Positions 55,715 to 64,000 of a stretch of 64,000 nt of DNA are shown in pieces. Under the pieces are notes generated by a model. It was given only the letters and a program-made list of their open reading frames with translations, made no database searches and was not told where the DNA came from. The position numbers were made by a program, and so were the translations under genes. The stretch's first letter is position 1, and every line of letters begins with the position of its first letter. Source of the stretch: an uncultured Verrucomicrobiae bacterium (GTDB lineage Bacteria > Verrucomicrobiota > Verrucomicrobiia > Limisphaerales > Palsa-1400); NCBI GenBank assembly GCA_963702845.1, contig OY969763.1, positions 4,832,001 to 4,896,000 on the forward strand, written 5' to 3'.

Positions 55715-56008
55715 ATGGCACTGAACGTAAGACCTCTCGGTGACCGGATCCTTGTTGAACCGGCCGAAGAGAAAGAAGTCAAAAAGGGCGGCATCATCAT
55801 TCCTGATTCCGCAAAAGAAAAACCGACCGAAAGCATCGTCGTCGCGCTCGGAACGGGCAAAACCGATGACAATGGCAAAAAAGTTCCTTTCGAAGTCAAA
55901 AAGGGTGATCGCGTGCTCGTCAGCAAATACGGCGGCACCGAAATCAAACTGAACGACAAGGAATATAAGATCCTGAGCTCGGAAGACATCCTCGCGATCA
56001 TCGAATAA
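55715..56008 (+). CDS. groES: Co-chaperonin GroES
   Basis: RPLGDRILV and [13 protein letters not shown] motifs. Confidence 0.98.
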   Translation: MALNVRPLGDRILVEPAEEKEVKKGGIIIPDSAKEKPTESIVVALGTGKTDDNGKKVPFEVKKGDRVLVSKYGGTEIKLNDKEYKILSSEDILAIIE

Positions 56009-56035
56009 CGTTTTTACCACTTAACTCTCAACTAA

Positions 56036-57691
<1,656 letters not shown>

Positions 57692-57779
57692 GCCGTAACG
57701 CAGGCGTCTCGTCTGCGGGTTCTGGCGGCGTCTCGCCGCCTGAATCTTTGCTGAAAAATTAAGAGGAAGAAGAAACGGG

Positions 57780-57812
57780 ACCCCGACACGTAAGTGTCGG
57801 GGTTTTCTTTTC
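57780..57812 (+). terminator. Intrinsic terminator
   Basis: ACCCCGACAC-GTAA-GTGTCGGGGT followed by a T-rich tail. Confidence 0.85.
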
Positions 57813-57953
57813 TGGAGCCGACTCGATGATTTGCAGCGTGTCGCCATCCGGAATACCTGTAAAACGCCCAAAAACACCTGTTTTTCATTGACGATATTCA
57901 CCGGCCTTCGCATCATTCCCGCAGTTAGTGCCCAGAATTGCCCAGTTATCCTT

Positions 57954-59102
57954 ATGAAGAATCTTCTTGCCCTTACCCTATTGTGTACCGCTTCTATCAG
58001 CGGATTCGCCGTCACGTTGCCAATCTTTGATCCGTTTACCGATGCTACTGCTTCAAACGGCACCGCCTATGCCGATTCAACATTGCTCCGCGATCAAAAG
58101 AATGCCCAAGGTGTGACCTGGCTTGGAATTAACACCAACCAAAACACCGGCCTGATCACGCTGTCGAGCTATGCGTTTACGAACTACGCCCCCGGCTCAG
58201 CGTTGCCCGCTCCGACCGGTGTCGAAGCCGGACAAGTCGGCGCTCCGGGCACCGGCACCGGCCAAGGCGTGCGATTGAATCTCACTGATTTTGCTACCAA
58301 CGGTATCAGCAACGGCACCGTTTACGCGTCGATGTATCTCCGTTGTAACGATATTAGTTTGTTGCCTGTCAACACCGGAACGGGCGCACTCCAGGGCGGC
58401 ATTTTCCACATCGGCTTTAGCGATACGGTTGGCGCGCAGGGCACCCTCCCGACAATTCTCGGAGGCCGTTGGTATTTCCATAAGTCGGCAACAGATGCTA
58501 GTAAGTACAGCATCGGTATCTCGAAGGTGACCAGCGCGACCGGCGGCTCAAATCCGACTGCCTACTACGACACCCGGGAGTGGAGCACGAGCGACGAACT
58601 CTTCGTTGTGGCGGGGTATACCTTTAATAGCGGCACTACAAACGATGACGTTGTCAAACTGTGGATCAATCCTCCCGCTAACACCCTCGGCGCCGCCAGT
58701 GAGCCCAGCGCCAACGCACAAAGCGGCAACACTGTTTTGGATACGGATCTGAAATCGATCGGCAGCTTCAACATCATGGTGCGCAACACCACTCAAGTCA
58801 CATCAATGCTGTTCGACGAAGTGCGCCTCGGCACGACTTGGGCACAAGTGACTTCGACCAATACCGCTGTCATCCAGCCAATCATTCAACCAACTTTGAC
58901 GGCTTCAGTTATTAACCCGTCGACTGTGCAACTTTCATGGGGAACGAATTCGACCGGGTTTACTTTGCAAAACACATCGGCACTTTTATCGACCAATACT
59001 GCGTGGGTAAACGTAAGTGGCGGAGCGACTGTTTCCGGGACGAATTACCTCCAGACCGATACGATTGGTGGCACGAAGTTTTACCGATTGCTCCATCCAT
59101 GA
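57954..59102 (+). CDS. Secreted beta-rich protein, paralog A
   Basis: Signal peptide; LWINP, DEVRLGTTWAQVT and C-terminal TKFYRL. Confidence 0.8.
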   Translation: MKNLLALTLLCTASISGFAVTLPIFDPFTDATASNGTAYADSTLLRDQKNAQGVTWLGINTNQNTGLITLSSYAFTNYAPGSALPAPTGVEAGQVGAPGTGTGQGVRLNLTDFATNGISNGTVYASMYLRCNDISLLPVNTGTGALQGGIFHIGFSDTVGAQGTLPTILGGRWYFHKSATDASKYSIGISKVTSATGGSNPTAYYDTREWSTSDELFVVAGYTFNSGTTNDDVVKLWINPPANTLGAASEPSANAQSGNTVLDTDLKSIGSFNIMVRNTTQVTSMLFDEVRLGTTWAQVTSTNTAVIQPIIQPTLTASVINPSTVQLSWGTNSTGFTLQNTSALLSTNTAWVNVSGGATVSGTNYLQTDTIGGTKFYRLLHP

Positions 59103-59200
59103 TGACAAGAACATCTTGATTAAAAATGGTTTTGATCCAGCGGTTTCAATTGACCGCTGGATTTTTTTGTTCTATTACGAAGGCGTTGCCCACAGCCGCT

Positions 59201-60307
59201 ATGAAAAACCTTCTTGTTTGCTTATCCCTGTTTGCGTGCTCTCTGAGCGCGTTTGCGTTTCCTTCATTTGAACCGTTTGCAGATTCGACCTCTGTTACCG
59301 GTGGAACTTCCTACGCCGCCGGTGCTGCTTTGGCTGGACAAACCAATTTGTTAGGAGAGGGCTGGGTCGCGATCGGCACCACTGCCACCGGCGCAACCGT
59401 CGTCCTCACCAATGGATCACTGACTGCCCCGGTCGGTTTGCCTTCGTCCACAGGTAATATGGTGCAACTGGTGAATCAACTTGGGCCGGGAGGTCGCTAT
59501 AACTTCTCGTCCCATACGACCGGGAGTGTGTTTTATTCGGTTCTGATCCAATTGAAGGACATCACCAACCTGATCGCTGCCAACACCAATACTCACGGCG
59601 GCGGCGCTTTCAACCTGGGCTTCAATAACTCCACCACTGTTAATCAGGCTGCAAATCCGACTGGATATGGGGCGCCCCTTTTCTATGGCAACGTCACCAA
59701 TAGCAGTGGCGTTTCGCAGGGTTACCTCCTGGGTATTGGCCGTGGCACCGGCTCCACTAACCGATTCTGGGAGACCAATACGTCAAATTTCCACCAGGTG
59801 AGCGATATCGTGTTTGTCGTCGCCTCTTATACCGTCGTGGCGGGCGTCAGCAATGACATTGTTGCGTTGTGGGTGAATCCCGACCCTTCGACTTTTGGCG
59901 CTGCTAGCGCTCCGACGCCTACTATCCTAATCGACGGCGTCACCATCGTAGCGAACGAAGCCGACGTCAGTCCCATCACCAGTTTCCTACTGGCCAATCG
60001 CAACACCGGATCGCCGAACTTAATGTACGCGGACGAACTCCGACTTGGCACAAATTGGGCACAAGTAACTCCAACGACGAACGCGGTGGCGGTTATTCCC
60101 ACGCTGAGTGTTTCGACAATCGACCCAAATACCGTGCAACTATCGTGGCGTGGTGATGCGACCGGTTTTACGCTGCAAGGCACGGGCCAGCTTTTGTCCA
60201 GCGGCACGCCATGGACGGCTGTTCCCGGAACACCTACCACTGCTGGAACGAACTTAATCCAGACGGATGCCATCAGCGGGACGAAGTTTTACCGCTTGTT
60301 CAAGTAG
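59201..60307 (+). CDS. Secreted beta-rich protein, paralog B
   Basis: Signal peptide; LWVNP, DELRLGTNWAQVT and C-terminal TKFYRL. Confidence 0.8.
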   Translation: MKNLLVCLSLFACSLSAFAFPSFEPFADSTSVTGGTSYAAGAALAGQTNLLGEGWVAIGTTATGATVVLTNGSLTAPVGLPSSTGNMVQLVNQLGPGGRYNFSSHTTGSVFYSVLIQLKDITNLIAANTNTHGGGAFNLGFNNSTTVNQAANPTGYGAPLFYGNVTNSSGVSQGYLLGIGRGTGSTNRFWETNTSNFHQVSDIVFVVASYTVVAGVSNDIVALWVNPDPSTFGAASAPTPTILIDGVTIVANEADVSPITSFLLANRNTGSPNLMYADELRLGTNWAQVTPTTNAVAVIPTLSVSTIDPNTVQLSWRGDATGFTLQGTGQLLSSGTPWTAVPGTPTTAGTNLIQTDAISGTKFYRLFK

Positions 60308-60319
60308 TTAAATCCGGTC

Positions 60320-60348
60320 TTGACCCGAAAACGTTCGCACCCTATCCT
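60320..60348 (+). promoter_or_regulatory. Sigma70 promoter of the ilv leader
   Basis: TTGACC-N17-TATCCT. Confidence 0.65.
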
Positions 60349-60356
60349 TCGCGACA

Positions 60357-60440
60357 ATGATTTTGAACGCGCTGCAAGTCGTAAGTAAGGTCGTAGTCGT
60401 CGTAACTGACGGCCACGCCGCTGGTGCTTGTCGCGCGTAA
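60357..60440 (+). CDS. ilv attenuation leader peptide MILNALQVVSKVVVVVTDGHAAGACRA
   Basis: 27 aa with 7 Val, 2 Leu and 1 Ile codons, upstream of a terminator and ilvB. Confidence 0.85.
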   Translation: MILNALQVVSKVVVVVTDGHAAGACRA

Positions 60441-60457
60441 CGTTTTTTTAGACAAAC

Positions 60458-60489
60458 ACCCACGGCTGGCAACAGTCGTGGGTTTTTTT
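60458..60489 (+). terminator. Attenuator terminator
   Basis: ACCCACGGCTG-GCAA-CAGTCGTGGGT followed by a T-run. Confidence 0.85.
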
Positions 60490-60518
60490 ATACTTACGAT
60501 TGGCCGCCCATCACAAAC

Positions 60519-62404
60519 ATGAGCACAAAAACTGAAGGTAAGAAGACGGACGCGACCGCCACGAAGGCGAGCGCCACAACGCAACGTTCGGAAATCGGCG
60601 AGCCGATGCTCGGCCGCGACATTTTCGTCAAAGCTCTCGAACGCGAAGGCGTTGAATGTATTTTTGCGTATCCCGGCGGAGCCAGCATGGAAATCCACCA
60701 GTCGCTGACGAAGTCATCGATTCGCACCATTTTGCCGCGCCACGAGCAAGGCGGCTCCTTCGCCGCCGAAGGTTACGCGCGCGCGACCGGTAGAGCCGGC
60801 GTGTGCATGGCGACCAGCGGCCCCGGCGCGACCAATTTGGTCAGCGCGATTGCCGATGCTTACATGGACTCGGTGCCCTTGGTCGCGATCACCGGCCAGG
60901 TGCCGCAAGCGATGATCGGCAAAGGCGCGTTCCAGGAGACTGACTTTTTCGGCATGACGCTGCCGGTGGTGAAGCACAGCTATCTGATCACCGACATCAA
61001 CGATATTCCGCGCATCGTTAAAGAAGCCTTTTACATCGCGCAAACCGGCCGCCCCGGTCCGGTGGTGATCGATTTTCCGAAGAATATTCAGCAGGCAAAG
61101 ACCCAGCCGGTTTGGCCAACTGAAGTCAATTTGCGCGGTTACGATCCAAAGAAGAAAGCCGACGACACTGTCCTGAACGAAATCATCGGCCTGATCGAAA
61201 ACAGCGAGCGTCCGGTGCTTTATTGCGGCGGTGGAATTATCACCGGCCAACGCGTCGGAAGAGTTGCGTCAAGTTTGCTGAAGCAGCGCAGATTCCGGTG
61301 ACCACAACCATCATGGGTTGCGGTGCATTCCCTGAAACGGATCGGCTGTCATTGCGCTGGCTCGGTATGCACGGCGCGGCTTACGCCAACTGGGCCGTGA
61401 GCGGTGAATTTCAGAAGCGCAAAAGCCCTGACGAACCGTTGATCAAGCTGAAGCCCGGCGCTGATTTGCTGCTCGCATTCGGTGTGCGTTTTGACGATCG
61501 CGTGACCGGCAAGGTGGATGAATTCTGCAAGACCGGCACGATTGTTCACATCGACATCGACCAGTCGGAACATAACAAGAATCGCAAAGTGCAATTGGCG
61601 ATCGAGAGCGACATCAAATATGCGCTCAGCCGATTGAACGAAATGATTCGCAAGCGACCGATCAAGAAACGTTTCAACGCGTGGCATGCGCAAGTTGACG
61701 AATGGAAGGAGCGCGCGCCGTTCCGTTATGGCGTGACTGAAGAAGTGATTCGCTCCGAGCACATGCGCGACCATCTTCAAGGCCAGGAAAGCGAAGTCAT
61801 CCTGCCGCAGATGGCGATCGAGATGTTGTACGAGCTCACCAAGGGTGAAGCGATCATCACGACCGGCGTGGGCCAGCACCAAATGTGGGCGGGCCAATAT
61901 TACAAATACAAATATCCGCGCCAGTTCATCACCAGCGCAGGTTTGGGCGCAATGGGTTTTGGTTATCCCTCGGCGCTCGGCATTAAAGTGGCGCATCCCG
62001 ACAAGCAGGTCATCGACATCGATGGCGACGGCTCGTTCCTCATGAACGTGCAGGAACTCGCCACCGCGCACATTGAGAAGATTGCCGCGAAAGCGATGAT
62101 CCTGAATAACCAGCATCTCGGCATGGTGATGCAATGGGAAGACAATTTCTTCGCGGGCAATCGCGGCCACACCTATCTTGGCGACCCCGAGAAGCGCGCA
62201 AACATTTATCCTGACTACATCACAATGGCGAAGAGTTTCAACGTTCCCGCCGAACGCGTCATGTATAAGAAGGACCTGCGCGGGGCCATCCAGCGCATGT
62301 TGGATTCCGACCAGCCCTACGTGCTGGACATCATCACGCCGTATAGCGAGCACGTGTTGCCGTTCATCCCGGCCGGCCGGACGGTGGCGGATATGACTTA
62401 CTAG
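60519..62404 (+). CDS. ilvB: Acetolactate synthase large subunit (net +2 frameshift at ~61245-61270)
   Basis: [25 protein letters not shown] and GDGSF.MN motifs split over two frames. Confidence 0.92.
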
Positions 62405-62424
62405 GCGCAGCTAAGCGACTCACT

Positions 62425-62455
62425 GGCACAGAGACTTTGTCTCTGTGCCTTTTTT
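62425..62455 (+). terminator. Intrinsic terminator
   Basis: GGCACAGAGAC-TTT-GTCTCTGTGCC followed by T6. Confidence 0.85.
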
Positions 62456-62456
62456 A

Positions 62457-63845
62457 TTAGACAAACTTCCCCGGATTCAACAATCCCTTGGGATCCAGTG
62501 CCGCCTTAATGCTTTTGTGCATCGCCCGCACTTCTTTTGAAGTTGCGATCGGCCACCAACGCTTCTTGGCCAACCCAATCCCGTGCTCACCGGTAATCAC
62601 GCCGCCTAACGCGAGCACTTTGCGAAACAAATCATCCAACGCGTCCTGCGTCCTCTTCTGGATGTTCGGCCATTTCGCATCGTACATGACGTTGCAATGA
62701 ATGTTGCCATCGCCAGCGTGGCCGAAGCACGCCACCGGCACGTCGTATTTTTTCTGGAGTCGTTCCGCAAACTGGAACAGCTCCTCCAGTTTGCCTCTTG
62801 GAACCACGATGTCCTGGTTCAGTTTGATCAAGCCGGTGTCTCGAAGTGAGTACCAAAATTCGCGGCGCAATCCCCAGAGCTTTTCCACCTCTGCACCGCC
62901 AAGTGCTTTTTGCAACATGACCGGGTTGAAGCGCCGAACGATCTTTTCCAGTGCAAACAATTCCGCGGCCACCGATTTTTGCTGACCGTCCAACTCCACG
63001 AGAATAATCGCGTTACAACCTTCGAGACGTTTGCTGCCGGTACGCTTTCGCGCCGCCGCCAGTGTAAATTTGTCCGCAACCTCCAATGCGCACGGCAAAA
63101 ATCCACCTGCAAAAACTGCTCGAATCGCCCGTGCGGCGTTCTTCATCGAGTCGAAACCCGCGACGATCAACGCGCGATAGGGCGGCAGCGGAATCAGTTT
63201 CAGGGTCGCTTCGGTAATCACACCAAGCATACCTTCCGAACCAACAAACAAACGTGTCAGATCAAAACCAGTTTTGTTTTTATGCGTGCGTCCGCCAAGC
63301 TGGGCAATCGATCCGTCCGCCAATACGACTTCGAGACCAAGAACGTAATCCCGCGTCACGCCATATTTAAGACAACGCGGCCCGCCGGCATTCGTCGCAA
63401 TCGTCCCACCGACGCTCGCGTCGGCCCGGCTCGCCGGATCAGGCGGGTAATACAAACCTTTTTTCTCTGCGTTATCCTGCAACGTTTTCAGAATCACACC
63501 GGGTTGCGCCACCGCAACAAAATCACCCGCATTAATTTCTTTGATGCGGTTCATGCGCTCCATCGCCAGTGCGATTCCTCCAAATTCAGGAACTGCCCCG
63601 CCCACGTATCCAAAGCCCGCGCCACGCGCGGTCACCGGAATATTGTGCTTCGAAGCGAATTTCAAAATCTGCGAAACAGATTCCGTGTTCCTGGGAAAGG
63701 CAACCGCATCCGGCAAATGGCTGGCGAACCATTTATCGCCGGAGTTTTTCTTCCGGACTTCGGCATCAAAAGAAATCTCACTCCTGCCAAGTGAACGCGC
63801 CAGTTCCTGCAGCTTACGCTGGCGATTCTGTTTTTTGGGGGGCAC
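62457..63845 (-). CDS. FAD-linked oxidase (GlcD/D-lactate dehydrogenase family)
   Basis: YPPDPAS, TNAGG...LKYG.T, GHAGDGNIH and GEHGIG motifs. Confidence 0.9.
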   Translation of the reverse strand: MPPKKQNRQRKLQELARSLGRSEISFDAEVRKKNSGDKWFASHLPDAVAFPRNTESVSQILKFASKHNIPVTARGAGFGYVGGAVPEFGGIALAMERMNRIKEINAGDFVAVAQPGVILKTLQDNAEKKGLYYPPDPASRADASVGGTIATNAGGPRCLKYGVTRDYVLGLEVVLADGSIAQLGGRTHKNKTGFDLTRLFVGSEGMLGVITEATLKLIPLPPYRALIVAGFDSMKNAARAIRAVFAGGFLPCALEVADKFTLAAARKRTGSKRLEGCNAIILVELDGQQKSVAAELFALEKIVRRFNPVMLQKALGGAEVEKLWGLRREFWYSLRDTGLIKLNQDIVVPRGKLEELFQFAERLQKKYDVPVACFGHAGDGNIHCNVMYDAKWPNIQKRTQDALDDLFRKVLALGGVITGEHGIGLAKKRWWPIATSKEVRAMHKSIKAALDPKGLLNPGKFV

Positions 63846-63859
63846 GGAAAAACGTTCTG

Positions 63860-64000
63860 CTACGCGCTCGCTTCGGCAGAAGCTTCCTCGGGCGAATCAA
63901 GGAGCGCTTTGGCGTCTACCGCCTGGTCATCGGGCACCTGCACAAACAGGCCACCGGAAGTAATGCCGCCGCCCCAGGCCTTTGCTGAGTCCTCGTTTTT
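63860..64000 (-). CDS. C-terminal part of a small protein (DUF2007-like), truncated by the window edge
   Basis: Frame reads KNEDSAKAWGGGITSGGLFVQVPDDQAVDAKALLD...*. Confidence 0.5.
   Translation of the reverse strand, partial: KNEDSAKAWGGGITSGGLFVQVPDDQAVDAKALLDSPEEASAEASA

Overview
Bacterial chromosome segment, probably Verrucomicrobiota; this is inferred from the PVC-type heme protein, the 'FYRL'-tailed secreted proteins and the dnaK-groES-groEL order. (1) 1-11.7 kb is a phage-derived head module: portal, scaffold, major capsid, decoration/fibre-like genes and a head-tail adaptor. It ends at the 3' end of tRNA-fMet with no tail genes. Two small arrays of integron-type gene cassettes (attC sites, no integron integrase in view) flank the portal gene. 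(2) 11.8-15.3 kb is core genome: queG, aroK, tilS. (3) 15.4-22.6 kb is a ~7.2 kb PICI-like satellite inserted in tRNA-Arg(CCT), with integrase, AEP primase, D5 helicase, AlpA-like gene, regulator, TerS-like gene and Abi-alpha-like gene. It has replaced the tRNA 3' half with a compensated variant. (4) 22.7-64 kb is mostly core and metabolic: sialic-acid operon, pfk-CHAD-sixA/ppk1, a cell-wall cluster, a long leuS, a ~2,400-aa surface protein, sigma54-type dnaK-groESL, two paralogous secreted proteins, ilvB with a Val-rich attenuator and a FAD oxidase. Several single-base frameshifts (primase, helicase, surface protein, ilvB) look like assembly indels. All family assignments are by eye; no searches were run.
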